The position numbers were made by a program, and so were the translations under genes. Under the pieces are notes generated by a model. The model had not been told where the DNA came from. It made no database searches and saw nothing but the letters and a program-made list of their open reading frames with translations. Shown piece after piece: positions 1 through 10,900 of a stretch of DNA of 38,554 bases. This stretch comes from an uncultured Syntrophomonas sp. GTDB taxonomy: Bacteria; Bacillota; Syntrophomonadia; Syntrophomonadales; Syntrophomonadaceae. Position 1 is the stretch's first letter; every line of letters starts with the position of its first letter. Location of the stretch: assembly GCA_964600925.1 (NCBI GenBank), contig CAZRMB010000001.1:1-38554 (forward strand). Reading direction: 5' to 3'.

Positions 1-22
1 AAGGTTATCATTCGCTAAAATA

Positions 23-1000
23 TCATCGTTTTGAATTCCGCCGATACCACTCCACTTCTCGCTTTAATCCATCTTTCAGACTGGTTAGAGCATGAAAATT
101 ATAAGCTTTTTCAAATCGACGTATGTCGTAAATATCTTCGGCCAGCCATTTCTTTACATTCTGGTGAATATCTGCCAGGCGCCGGTCTGGTATCTTGGAT
201 AGTTGACGACTCAAAAACATAGCCAACGATGCCGGCACCTGAACTGGAAGAAGATGTTTCCCCAGAAAATTCGCAAAACAATCCACAATATCGCGCATAA
301 TGCAGGGAGGTGCAGAAACATTGTAAATATTAATGCCCGATGCAGGTTTTTCTGCCACAGCAATAGAGGCACGTGCAGCATCGTTTCTATATAACAAGCT
401 TTTTCGATTATGGCCATCTCCTATCCAAACAAAATGCCCGCTGTCCAAGATGCGCATCAAACGACCCACATTACCGGGATCTTCCTCTCCATACAGCGTT
501 GCTAGACGTAGGATAGTAAGTGCCATATCTGACTTTCGGGCAACTTCGATGGCTCGCAGCTCTGCATTGTATTTAGACAAGGCGTATGGCCCGACAGGCT
601 CACAGGGGGTGTTCTCATCATAAATTCCCCGGGTATATGGGCCGTATACAGACACAGAGCTTATTAGAATTAAATGTTCAACACCCATTGCAGATGCCGT
701 AGATGCTATGTTGACGGTTCCAACTTCATTAACCTGTCGAAATTTATCAAATGAATTGGAATCAGGAGAAAAGACATGTGCCAAGCCGGCAGCATGGATA
801 ACTACATTTGTGTTCTTTAATACAGTGATTAACTCCTCCGGTCTTGTAATATCTGCTTTTTGATAAGCAACGCCAGGTAAGGAACTGACTGCACCTATAT
901 CAGTACCGTACACCGGAACGCTGGACATCTGCAACTGAGTTAAAATAGCCCGCCCAAGAAAACCATTCGCACCCGTGACTAAAATGTGACCACATATCAT
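23..1000 (-). CDS. NAD-dependent epimerase/dehydratase (extended SDR, nucleotide-sugar modifying)
   Basis: Rossmann motif TGANGFLG, HAAGLAH, ISSVSVYG, catalytic YALSK (YxxxK). Overlaps the stop of the upstream GT2 gene. Confidence 0.9.
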   Translation of the reverse strand: MICGHILVTGANGFLGRAILTQLQMSSVPVYGTDIGAVSSLPGVAYQKADITRPEELITVLKNTNVVIHAAGLAHVFSPDSNSFDKFRQVNEVGTVNIASTASAMGVEHLILISSVSVYGPYTRGIYDENTPCEPVGPYALSKYNAELRAIEVARKSDMALTILRLATLYGEEDPGNVGRLMRILDSGHFVWIGDGHNRKSLLYRNDAARASIAVAEKPASGINIYNVSAPPCIMRDIVDCFANFLGKHLLPVQVPASLAMFLSRQLSKIPDRRLADIHQNVKKWLAEDIYDIRRFEKAYNFHALTSLKDGLKREVEWYRRNSKR

Positions 1001-1758
1001 ATGGCAGATTCAAAGTGCAATTGATTAAATCGAACAATAAATTTATTCATGAGAAAAGTAGGGAGAAATATTTTAATGTTGTTCATCTTACAGGATCGCA
1101 GGATCTCATAATTCTGATGCAAAATGTTCCAGATGGATTTATTCGTGACACCACCAACTCGCATTTTTACAAATACTTTCGGAACATAGATTGCCTTAAT
1201 TCTGTAATTTTCTAATAATCTCAACATCAAATCAAAATCAGCAGCCAGTTTATATTTCAAATCAAAAATGCCATATTGATCATATACCCTTCTTCGAACA
1301 TAAAATGTGGGGTGTGGAGGAACCCATGCTTCTTTAAAAAGCCCGGACACAAACGGAGAAGACCGCCAATAACGAATAACCTTATTTAAGTTTTTCCGGT
1401 CAACATAAATCAAATCAGAATAGCAAGCATCGATACCGAAATCAGACATAACGGCAGCTATGCTTGTCAATACATCTGTTCCGTAGAAAACATCATCAGC
1501 ATTAAGAACGCCGACAACATTACCTGTCGCCATCCTGATTCCTTTATTCATCGCATCATAAATTCCTTTGTCCGGTTCGCTGATCCATATGTCGATTTTG
1601 TCTTCGTATTTCTTGATGATATCCAATGTGCCATCTATTGAGCCGCCATCAACAATGATGTATTCAATGTTTTCATAATCCTGACTAAGAACACTTTTAA
1701 TGCAGTCCTCCAAATATTCGGCGTTATTCAACGTTACTGTAATAACAGAGATTTTCAT
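997..1758 (-). CDS. Family 2 glycosyltransferase (WcaE-like)
   Basis: KISVITVTLN, IIVDGGSIDGT, SEPDKGIYDAMNKG, LNADD, PPHPTFY are typical of WcaE-type GT2. Confidence 0.9.
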   Translation of the reverse strand: MKISVITVTLNNAEYLEDCIKSVLSQDYENIEYIIVDGGSIDGTLDIIKKYEDKIDIWISEPDKGIYDAMNKGIRMATGNVVGVLNADDVFYGTDVLTSIAAVMSDFGIDACYSDLIYVDRKNLNKVIRYWRSSPFVSGLFKEAWVPPHPTFYVRRRVYDQYGIFDLKYKLAADFDLMLRLLENYRIKAIYVPKVFVKMRVGGVTNKSIWNILHQNYEILRSCKMNNIKIFLPTFLMNKFIVRFNQLHFESAI

Positions 1759-1836
1759 AATTTACTCGTCACAAATATACAAATTTACACGCAAATAACC
1801 ATTTGGAAAGTATTTTATCATCTATAGAAATATCTA

Positions 1837-2844
1837 TCATTCCTGATCATCAACCAATTTTTGAAATGCCTGCAATACTTGTTCGACTTGAATTGCGTCC
1901 ATACAGTTACCATCCGGATGCACGCAATGCTTTTGATCACAAGGACGACAAGGATATCCATCCGCAACGACAACAGCAGTTTTGTTTCCCCAGGGGCGCC
2001 ACCTTTCCGGTAACTGTGTGCCAAATAAACTAACTACAGGTATACCCATGGCTGCTGCCAAATGCCCACAAAAAGAATCAACAGCGATCACCGTTTGGGA
2101 ACTCATTACGAGTCTGCCCAGATCAGCAAGTGATCCCTTCCAAACTCTCCCAAAATCATCAGAACCTATCTCCGATACAGCGTCACCTCGATGAACAATA
2201 AGTATTGTATGCCAACCTTTCTGGTGCAATCTACTTGCCAGCACCTTCCACCGTTCTGATTTCCAATGCCTGAGATGATTAGAAGCTTCCGGGGCCAGTA
2301 AAACCAGTCTTTCCTTTTCATGAGGCTTCTGCTTAAAATTCATCAACCAGGGCCATGGCAACGTTGATTTAAACGAAAGCCCGCATTCCTCCCCAATCTG
2401 ACAGAGAAATTCCTGGCGACAAGTGAATGTGTGATGTCGATAAACTCCCCGGCATGCATCACTGAATTTTGCATTTGAACGGTATTGGATGAACTTTCGA
2501 TATCCAAGTATATGTGCCACCAAAGCATGTCTGAAATCTCCTCGTGGATCAAGAATTACATAGTCTTGAAACCGTCGGCCAAAGTTTTTTCTCAAAACAA
2601 ACGCTGTCTGAATCAGTTTGAAAGGCTGCTTGTGCCAACCAATATGGCTCCATGGAAAATTAAAATGGTGTAGGGATACTTTGAATTGCTCAAAGAACGG
2701 AAAGCCCTGGGTAACGTCGCTAGCCAGCACCTCGATTCGCGAATACGGATATGCAGCCCGAATAGAGCCAAGTAGAGGCCCAAGATAAAGCAGATCACCG
2801 AGCAGAAACGTTTCAATAATTAGAAAGTTGTCAGAAAGCGACAT
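1837..2844 (-). CDS. Family 9 glycosyltransferase (heptosyltransferase-like)
   Basis: LGDLL near the N-terminus, DSFCGHLAAAMGIPVVSLFG, C-terminal CRPC...C...CM motif of WaaF/WaaQ-like GT9. Confidence 0.85.
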   Translation of the reverse strand: MSLSDNFLIIETFLLGDLLYLGPLLGSIRAAYPYSRIEVLASDVTQGFPFFEQFKVSLHHFNFPWSHIGWHKQPFKLIQTAFVLRKNFGRRFQDYVILDPRGDFRHALVAHILGYRKFIQYRSNAKFSDACRGVYRHHTFTCRQEFLCQIGEECGLSFKSTLPWPWLMNFKQKPHEKERLVLLAPEASNHLRHWKSERWKVLASRLHQKGWHTILIVHRGDAVSEIGSDDFGRVWKGSLADLGRLVMSSQTVIAVDSFCGHLAAAMGIPVVSLFGTQLPERWRPWGNKTAVVVADGYPCRPCDQKHCVHPDGNCMDAIQVEQVLQAFQKLVDDQE

Positions 2845-3934
2845 CCATGAATATCCGAGCTAATTTTTTTGCCCCCTCATCCCAAGTAGGGTTAGACACA
2901 TTATCGTGATCAGCGCCTACTTGCCCATCTAATAAGCGCAGTATACCGTCACGAATGCCGCTGCCGGTTGGATTTATATATATACATCCATTTCCACCAG
3001 CCTCTCGTAATTCAGGAATATCAGATGTTATTACCTGTGTCCCGCATTTTCTCGCTTCTAACACAGGCATTCCAAATCCCTCATAAATTGAAGGAAAAAG
3101 GAAAGCCTTCGCACCTGAATAGAGTAACGGGAGAACTTCATCGGCTACATAACCCAGGAAGAGAATATCCTTTGACTGGTAATTTTCACCAAGAATACTG
3201 ATTAGTTGCTCATTCTTCCAGCCATGCCCCCCCACCAGCAGCAAACCATAATTGTCAAGTTCCCCATTCTCTTTCATTCTCAAGAAGGTTTCCAGCAGAA
3301 GATGCAAATTTTTTCTCGGCTCCCATGTTGCCACCGATAAAAAATAGGGTTTAATTATTCCGTATTTTTTCAAACATTGCCGAACTTCTTCTTCTCTTTG
3401 AGGAACAAATCGTTCATTTACGGACGGATAAATAACCGCATCACTATCAAGGCCCAAAAGTGTTTTCAGCCGTTCCGAAGTTCCCCTTGAAATCGTTGTA
3501 ATTTTTTTTGCTTTTCGGGCATCCTTTTCAAAAAACATCCGGAAAGCGCAAAGATTAAACTTATACATTGTCTCCGGAACGATCCTATAAACCATATCGT
3601 ATATAGTCAAAATCGTATGCACAGGACCAAGAAAAAAAGGCAGGAGGGAACCGGTACCCCAATAGACATCGATGCGATCCTTTCGACACAAAAATCCGGA
3701 GATAAACTTAAGCCATAGGATATTTGGTATTTTTTTCTTCAGCAGTGAGGATTCGGTACGCAGCATCCAATTACTACCGGAAACAGGCAACTTTACCTGA
3801 TCTCGACTATAAACATAAAACTCCACATCAGTAAGGACTTTATCAAGTGCTTTGCATAATTCGCTGACATAGTGACCTATGCCGGCTTTGTTGCCGACAA
3901 ACACCCTTCCATCAATACCTATTCGCAATTTCAT
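2831..3934 (-). CDS. Family 4 glycosyltransferase (MtfB/WbpY-like)
   Basis: IGIDGR...GIGHY, EPRKNL, FPSIYEGFGMPVLEA (Ex7E motif). Confidence 0.9.
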   Translation of the reverse strand: MKLRIGIDGRVFVGNKAGIGHYVSELCKALDKVLTDVEFYVYSRDQVKLPVSGSNWMLRTESSLLKKKIPNILWLKFISGFLCRKDRIDVYWGTGSLLPFFLGPVHTILTIYDMVYRIVPETMYKFNLCAFRMFFEKDARKAKKITTISRGTSERLKTLLGLDSDAVIYPSVNERFVPQREEEVRQCLKKYGIIKPYFLSVATWEPRKNLHLLLETFLRMKENGELDNYGLLLVGGHGWKNEQLISILGENYQSKDILFLGYVADEVLPLLYSGAKAFLFPSIYEGFGMPVLEARKCGTQVITSDIPELREAGGNGCIYINPTGSGIRDGILRLLDGQVGADHDNVSNPTWDEGAKKLARIFMDVAF

Positions 3935-4034
3935 CCAGCCCCTTATAAAAGGACAACACTATTATTGCTAAGAAAAATAGTTTGATTCTCAAAATTTAAA
4001 ACAAAACTCCCCATATTAAAAGCGGGTACGTCAT

Positions 4035-6158
4035 CTACTGTGTTGTCTTTAAATGAAGAGACACAATTCCCAACCCGAGACGCCGGGTATCGGCTGATAC
4101 ACCTAAATCAGCAGGTGATTTTGGGTTTTTAAAATTGAATTTTATCAATAGTTGCCCATTTTTTTCCGACATTAACGTTTTGGGTATCTTAACCGAACGT
4201 AATCCACTATTAAATTGCCGGTCGTATTTCAAAGTAGCAACATGATAAGTATTCACGATAATATCAATTTCTTGGAACGGATGTTTATCAACCAAGAAAG
4301 CATGACCATTAATCAGTAACTGAATATCATGTTTGGGGATATTAGTAAGGAGTAACAACACTGAAGCAGTTTCTCCATCTGACCATGTTCCCCATTTTTC
4401 CGGCCACGACCACCCATAAAGCTGATACTTCTGCCCGGTGCCATTCGATGAGAAAGAGATCCGCTCCATCTTATAATCAAAATTGGAACTCTTCCCAGTG
4501 GAATTATTCACAAGTGCATGGGTATTGCAGGTTTTACAGTCTCTCAGATTCGGTGCTACAATACGAAACTCATCCAAAACCCCTGCAAGATCCGAGGACG
4601 AAATATTGTTTGACGCCAATTTCCAGAGTATATCGTCGTTTTCGAAGACATAGAGTGCATCAGGGCTGAGTTTGCAGTTCACAATTGAATCTGTTAACCG
4701 CATCCTTGCCTCACGCTCTTTTTGGGAATCTACTCTTGCAAAATAACCGGTATTAATTGCCATGTGGTGCATGGAAGCAAAATGAGACAAAGGCATCCAA
4801 TTGGCGGAGGCATTTCGCGGTAAAACGAAAATAATTTTTCTGTATTGATGCGCTATACTGCTCCAAACAGGGGATCGCATAGGTGTCGTCCATACGGGTG
4901 AATGAACAAATTTATTCCTGAACACATGCCAGATGCCGACGGAATCAATAAGTTGAATAAATAACATCACCATACAAAGCATAATGGCAGCGCTATTTTT
5001 AAATCTGGTGAATATTACGTAGAATATAGTTAAATATATCAAGTAATAAACCGGCCAGAAAAATCTTCCGGATGATCTGAACGTATTTGTAAAAGGTTTT
5101 GTTATCGAAGGCAAATCATACGAAAACAACTCACAGGTACCTAAAGCTACATGATTTGAAATTGCATACAGGAAAAGACTTACGCAAAGAATTAATATCG
5201 GAATTGTTTTTACATGACAACTTACCTTTGGGCTGCTAAAATACTCATAACCCGCAATAAGCCCAAGCCCGAGCATACCCAGTCCCAGGTAATTGAACCC
5301 TTCATAATCATCAGCGCCGCCTTTCAGGTCGCGCAGCAACATGGACCAGTCGCCGTCGGAATCAATCAACGATAAAAGGTTCATGCGAAATCTGCCAAAG
5401 CCGTCGGTTTCCATTCCCCCGCCTACCATGAAATATCCGGCAGCCCACATAATAAGTGCGATGCTTACTCCGCCAACAAACAAATAACCAAAGACCTGCT
5501 TTATCCTGATCTGCTTCAGCCAGTAGCGTTGTGCCAAGTCCGTCAGCCAAACAGCGCTAAGCATGACGAGAAAATAAGCATGAATAAGCACGGACACAGC
5601 CAGCAAACCGGTCCATCGAAAGATGGAAAAATTCTTTGAAAAATATAAGTAGAGTCCAACGATTAGCACCCATTGACCGAACAATGAATAGTGACCATGC
5701 AACCGCCACAGGCATGCAGGAGCGAACGCAAAAAATACGCCTCCGATAAGCGGCAGCCATTTATCCTGAGTAAAAAGAGAGAGTAACTTCCAGGCAAAGA
5801 ATGACTGAAGTGAAAAACAAATTAAAATCCAGAGACCGATGTATTGAAACGTATCGGGCAAAAGCGGGCTCAGGGGCTTGAAGATAAATGCCAGCAGCGG
5901 TATTGAATCACTAAAAACAATAGAACTGCCGATCTCCATTCCGTAATCGGGATTGGCACCTATGGGCCATTGAAGGAATGGTGAATTACGAAAAAACTGC
6001 CACCCCAGCCAATGTGTAGCCGGATCACCTTCCATGAGCCAGCCGGCATTCAGCGGCCATAAAATCTTGCCTCCCGTAACGAACAAAAATACGCCCCCCC
6101 CCAGCAGTATCGCCCCAAAATATCTAGGAGGAAGTTTCAGTATCCAACGAAAATTCAT
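4035..6158 (-). CDS. Polytopic membrane protein (DUF6311-like, putative GT-C glycosyltransferase) with a C-terminal periplasmic beta domain
   Basis: Many hydrophobic segments; GDPATHWLGWQFFR, FSDSIPLLA, YEGFNYLGLG, FRSSGRFFWP; C-terminal GWSWPEKWGTWSDG...DTRRLGLG domain. ATG at 6158 preferred over the TTG at 6170. Confidence 0.65.
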   Translation of the reverse strand: MNFRWILKLPPRYFGAILLGGGVFLFVTGGKILWPLNAGWLMEGDPATHWLGWQFFRNSPFLQWPIGANPDYGMEIGSSIVFSDSIPLLAFIFKPLSPLLPDTFQYIGLWILICFSLQSFFAWKLLSLFTQDKWLPLIGGVFFAFAPACLWRLHGHYSLFGQWVLIVGLYLYFSKNFSIFRWTGLLAVSVLIHAYFLVMLSAVWLTDLAQRYWLKQIRIKQVFGYLFVGGVSIALIMWAAGYFMVGGGMETDGFGRFRMNLLSLIDSDGDWSMLLRDLKGGADDYEGFNYLGLGMLGLGLIAGYEYFSSPKVSCHVKTIPILILCVSLFLYAISNHVALGTCELFSYDLPSITKPFTNTFRSSGRFFWPVYYLIYLTIFYVIFTRFKNSAAIMLCMVMLFIQLIDSVGIWHVFRNKFVHSPVWTTPMRSPVWSSIAHQYRKIIFVLPRNASANWMPLSHFASMHHMAINTGYFARVDSQKEREARMRLTDSIVNCKLSPDALYVFENDDILWKLASNNISSSDLAGVLDEFRIVAPNLRDCKTCNTHALVNNSTGKSSNFDYKMERISFSSNGTGQKYQLYGWSWPEKWGTWSDGETASVLLLLTNIPKHDIQLLINGHAFLVDKHPFQEIDIIVNTYHVATLKYDRQFNSGLRSVKIPKTLMSEKNGQLLIKFNFKNPKSPADLGVSADTRRLGLGIVSLHLKTTQ

Positions 6159-6188
6159 CAATGAGCCCAAAAACTACGAGGTAATATC

Positions 6189-6932
6189 TTAACAATCATC
6201 GACGGCTTTGAGAACACAAAGCAACGAAACCCCAAAGGGCAGGTTGAAGCACCCCAACAGAAAACGCTCTGCTCCAAACAAAATCCTGAATAATGTGTTG
6301 ATCGGAGTTGGCGGAACACTCGTTCCGGTCGCCGAGGTGTTGCCAAACAATTTATCCTTAAGTCGTACAATTGCTGCCAGGGGAAACAGAATCGTATTGA
6401 TATATGAAATTTTCACAGGCTGAAGCCCCGCAGCCACTATTTTTTCACGGAGCTGAGTTTCAGAATAACGTCTCTTATGGCACAGAAATTCATCATGCAC
6501 CCCCCAAAGCCACTGATAAGCAGGAACTGTCAATAAGATCCGACCTCTCTTCGCTAATAATTGCTTTGCAGCAATCAGCGATTCGGTATCCTGATCGATA
6601 TGCTCTAAGACATCGAGCATGCATATCAAGTCAAAACACCGATTATAAAAAGGGATTTCATCAGGACAACTACCACGCCGGATATCGTAAAGATTGTTTG
6701 TTTTTTTTGCGGCAATTGCTCGTGCGTTGGCATCCATCTCAAGTGCACTTACTTCGCCAAACCTGGCCAACATTTGGAGATTACCGCCGGTACCGCAACC
6801 GATTTCAAGGATTCTGGAGTTCCGGGGAAGATCCAGGCTTTCTATCATTCTGGTAAATATAGCTCGCCGGCCCAAGAACCACCAATGCCGGGACTCGGTT
6901 TCTGCCATTTCCAGATAAGCATCTGGATTCAT
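6189..6932 (-). CDS. Class I SAM-dependent methyltransferase
   Basis: ILEIGCGTGGNL (motif I), FDLICMLDVLEHI, HWWFLGRR, HKRRY. Overlaps the gtrB-like gene stop. Confidence 0.9.
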   Translation of the reverse strand: MNPDAYLEMAETESRHWWFLGRRAIFTRMIESLDLPRNSRILEIGCGTGGNLQMLARFGEVSALEMDANARAIAAKKTNNLYDIRRGSCPDEIPFYNRCFDLICMLDVLEHIDQDTESLIAAKQLLAKRGRILLTVPAYQWLWGVHDEFLCHKRRYSETQLREKIVAAGLQPVKISYINTILFPLAAIVRLKDKLFGNTSATGTSVPPTPINTLFRILFGAERFLLGCFNLPFGVSLLCVLKAVDDC

Positions 6933-7900
6933 TTCCTTTCTCCATAACGCCTTCTAATCAGATAAAGTGGTCTATTTTTTGTTTCCATGTATATCCGGCC
7001 GATATACTCACCCAGCATGCCGACACCAATCAGTTGTAAGCTACCGATAAACAGAATGGCGACAAGCAATGATGCATAACCGGGAACATCGACTCCGTAT
7101 ATCAATGTTCTTGAAACGATAAATATTGCATAAAGAAATGTGGTAAAGGCCCCCAATCCTCCGATGTACGACCAAACCTTGAGTGGAGTGGCGCTAAAGC
7201 TGGTAATGCCCTCAAGTGCAAAATTCCACAGCTTCCACCCCGAAAATTTTGTCGTCCCTGCTATGCGGGGTTTTCTAACATACTCTAACGTCACTGTTTT
7301 AAATCCCACCCAGGCAAACAGACCTTTCATAAACCTGTGCTGTTCAGGAAGTTGCTTGAGCGCATCAACGGCAATCCGGTCCATCAAACGGAAATCACCT
7401 ACATTTTCCGGAATCTGAATTGTGGAAAGACGATTGTGGAAACGATAGAAGATTTCGGCTGTTTTTCGTTTAAGTAATGAGTCTGAACTTCGATCTACCC
7501 TGCGTGCCAAGACGATCTCGGCACCCTTGAACCATTCTTTAATCATCTCCAAGATCAATTCCGGCGGATCCTGTAAGTCAGCATCAATAGGGATAACAGC
7601 ATCACCCGTTGCCGCATCAATGCCGGCCGTCAATGCCGCTTCTTTACCAAAGTTGCGAGACAACTCGATGACATGGAAACGCAAGTCTTTTTCTGTAATC
7701 GAGATTAATTTTTTTAATGTATCATCCCGACTTCCATCATCGACACAAACTACTTCGAAATCCAGCTCTGAAACCTGTTTAAATATGGGGCAGAGCGCTT
7801 CATAAAAGAGCTCAACACCTCCACCCTCATTATAAAACGGTGCAATTATCGACACTTTTTTTCGTTGCTCATTCATAGTTGGAGACATCTTAATTGTCAA
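6929..7900 (-). CDS. gtrB: Polyprenol-phosphate glycosyltransferase (GtrB/YfdH-like GT2)
   Basis: VDDGSRDDT, LSRNFGKEAALTAG, IDADLQDPPELI, GDFRLMDR, RFMKGLFAWVGF, two C-terminal TM helices, GEYIGRIY. The true start may be ATG 7888 or 7876. Confidence 0.85.
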   Translation of the reverse strand: MTIKMSPTMNEQRKKVSIIAPFYNEGGGVELFYEALCPIFKQVSELDFEVVCVDDGSRDDTLKKLISITEKDLRFHVIELSRNFGKEAALTAGIDAATGDAVIPIDADLQDPPELILEMIKEWFKGAEIVLARRVDRSSDSLLKRKTAEIFYRFHNRLSTIQIPENVGDFRLMDRIAVDALKQLPEQHRFMKGLFAWVGFKTVTLEYVRKPRIAGTTKFSGWKLWNFALEGITSFSATPLKVWSYIGGLGAFTTFLYAIFIVSRTLIYGVDVPGYASLLVAILFIGSLQLIGVGMLGEYIGRIYMETKNRPLYLIRRRYGERK

Positions 7901-7929
7901 AAAATTTTTGAAATTATCAAACAGAAAAA

Positions 7930-10900
7930 TTACTGGTTAGCAAATTGATATTTTCTAACAATCCCTTGAATCATTCCATACAACCGCTGACCGAGTCGAG
8001 TATAATCATGTTCCTTTCTCCAACGTGACAAGACTTCCATAGTTGACGATACAGTCTCATCTTTTCTCTCAATTGCATCAATCAGTCTTCCAATTCCCAA
8101 AGTAATTTCATCGACGGAAGTACCCGGCAATGTGAACACTGCCGGGCGCACATCATCAAAGATGGAAATCGGCGTTACAGCAACCGGTTTTCCCAAAGAC
8201 ATGCCATATCGAACTGCAGCACTAGCAGATTCCGCCGTATTTGCATAAGGATAGACCACCAAATCAGCGCAGGAGAGCTCGGAAAAGCATTGCTCATCCG
8301 GTAAAAAGTCCGTTATAATTTGAACATATTCTGACAAACCGGATTCTTTTACAAGCGAGTGCGCCTGGGTAATCAGTCTCGCCGACTCTCCTATCGGATA
8401 TTCCGCATTCACCATTTTTAAAGCCACTTTCCTTCCAGCCTTTTTCAACTGCGCAGTTGCCTTAATCAGTTCGATCAAACCTTTATGAGGCAGGAAAAAC
8501 CCATAGCTACCGATCGTAAAGGTGTCACTCCCCTGCTTAGTCTCAGGTTGATTAACGAAATCAAGCCCCATATAATTTTTTATACCGAGCGGAAACAGTA
8601 CGACATTATCTACAAGCCCTATTTTTTTCAGCCGATTCATATCCGCTGGTGAATGAACAATAAGACGATGACAACGGGCAAATGCATCTTTCAACATCAC
8701 AAGTTTCTTTTGGGGTACATGAGGCTGGTCAGTGGTTGCGTGAAAGGTCAAAATAATTTTTCTGCCACTGTCTAATTGTGTGTGCAGAAATTCCGAGAAG
8801 TACCTGAAATTGAAGAAACCATAATTGAATTGAATAACTAGAACATCAATTTTTTTGCGATCAATTTCTGTGGCCAAGTCATACAAAACATCATTTTCTC
8901 CCACATCCCATGATCGAGTTACATTTGAAAAATCAATCCCGGTCAACTCGGATGAACGTGCTGCAAAAACGTGTACTTTTGCCGGCAGGCTATCAGTCAA
9001 ATGCTTGGAATAGATAGCGATGCCGCATCGGGTGTTCCAGGTAGTTACCCAACCTATGTGCGGGTGAGGAAGTTCGGAAATACTTGCCCAGTTTCTTATA
9101 GATGCAACCAACTTCTGCGCAACATGGCTCCAGCAGAAATTTTCCAAAAGAAGCTTCCGCCCTGCGGCTGAACGCTGTTTCCGTAAAGACAGTGGAGTAT
9201 CAAAAACTTCACGCATGACCTGCGCCAGATGAGAAACATCCGGCGATGCCCAGGCAGAGCAGAACAGGCCAAAATGAGTTTTCGCCCGCTCAAACGAGTA
9301 ATCAACCAACCAGGCTGTCTCCGGGGTGCAAAAATCAACCTGACCGCTCCACCCAGTTGTAATCACGGCAAGCTCGGAAAGCATTGCTTCGGCCATCGGC
9401 AATCCAAATCCTTCAGCACGACTTGGCGCGACCAATACATCGCATTGCTCATACAAGGCTTTAAGCTGAGCATCCGAAAAATCGTCTTCCAGAATCAGCA
9501 CCTCAGGAAATGTCGAGTCAGACCCACGCGCGTCTTCAAGCCAGTGATGAATTTCGTTATGCGGATTTGCGAAAGTCTTTATAATCAGCGTGACATCATC
9601 AGATGCGCGGAAGGCACGACCATAAGCCTCGAGCATGACATCTGCTCCCTTACGCGGAAAACAGGAGGAAACATGCAGGAATCGAAATTTCCTGGCGCTG
9701 ATTCGAAAAGTCGTATCCGCGACCACACGCAACCAGTGGTCAACTCCAATTTCAGAAACCGAAATCGGCACGTTTACACCATTGTCGATCATAATTTTTT
9801 CGACATGATTCGACATTACTGTAACGCCTTGCAGCGACAGATTGAATGCCTCAACCCACTCGAATGGAAATCCGGTTTCTTCCCAACCATATTCATGGAG
9901 AAAATTCAGCCGTCCCCGCATATCGGAAACCCGCGGTGGATAAAGGTTCCGGCTTGTGACGTCAGGTTCCGTTGCCGTCGTTTTGAGGCTGCGATTGTAA
10001 AGACTTGCGACATCAGGATTTTCCGAAAGAAACCGTTTATTAGGAAGAAAATCACCGAGGCCCTCTGTGGAGTGCAATATGACATGATGTCCAAGTGCAT
10101 CCAGAGCCCGGGCTGTCTCACGGTTAAGAAGAGCAAGACTGTAACTGCTGTCAAAGGGACCTTCAAGGCGCCAAGTGATGCTTTCAGGCAGCTCGCGTGT
10201 CCGGGCAATACGGTCGGACAACTCCCGGTTTCCGGCTATGCATTCGGCAATCACCATCAAGTCTTTGTCGGACAGTGCATAGGATACTTCAGCAATAGCA
10301 TCGATTAATCGTCTATAACTGCGCTCCTGTTCAGCTACAATCATACTCCAATTCGATGGTTTAGAAGTTAAACTTTTTTCATGAAGTTTCTCCAATGCCG
10401 CAATGACACACCGGGCACTTTTGTCCCATGAAAATTGCTTTGCCTGCCGTAAGCCATGGTCACGTAAAATATTGCGAAAGTCGTCATCTTCCAGCACACT
10501 TGCCATCTTTGTGGTAATAGCGGAAATATCTAGTGGATCGAACATTGCGGCCTCTAAGGCTATTACTTCAGGCAGACTGGATGTATTGGCACCAATGACC
10601 GGGGCGCCGCAGGCCATTGCCTCAAGTGCCGGTAAGCCGAATCCTTCGTGCCAGGAGGGAAAGACGAACAGCTTGCACAGGTTATAGAGCTGCACAAGTT
10701 CTTCGTCCGTCACATAACCGGTAACGCATAGCTCATCGGGTTTAAGGTTGGCGGATTTTGCACAATGTTGCAGGCGGTTGAGATCACTTTGTGACATTTT
10801 TCCGGCCAGCAACAACTGATGGCCGGTACGCAATGACGCGGGCATGGCTGCGAATGCCTGGATCAGGCGCGGCAGATTTTTGCGCTCGTCGGCACCGCCT

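Noticed and set aside
9229-10308. 359-aa plus-strand ORF
   Set aside because: Antisense shadow of the GT4 polymerase with no recognisable motifs.
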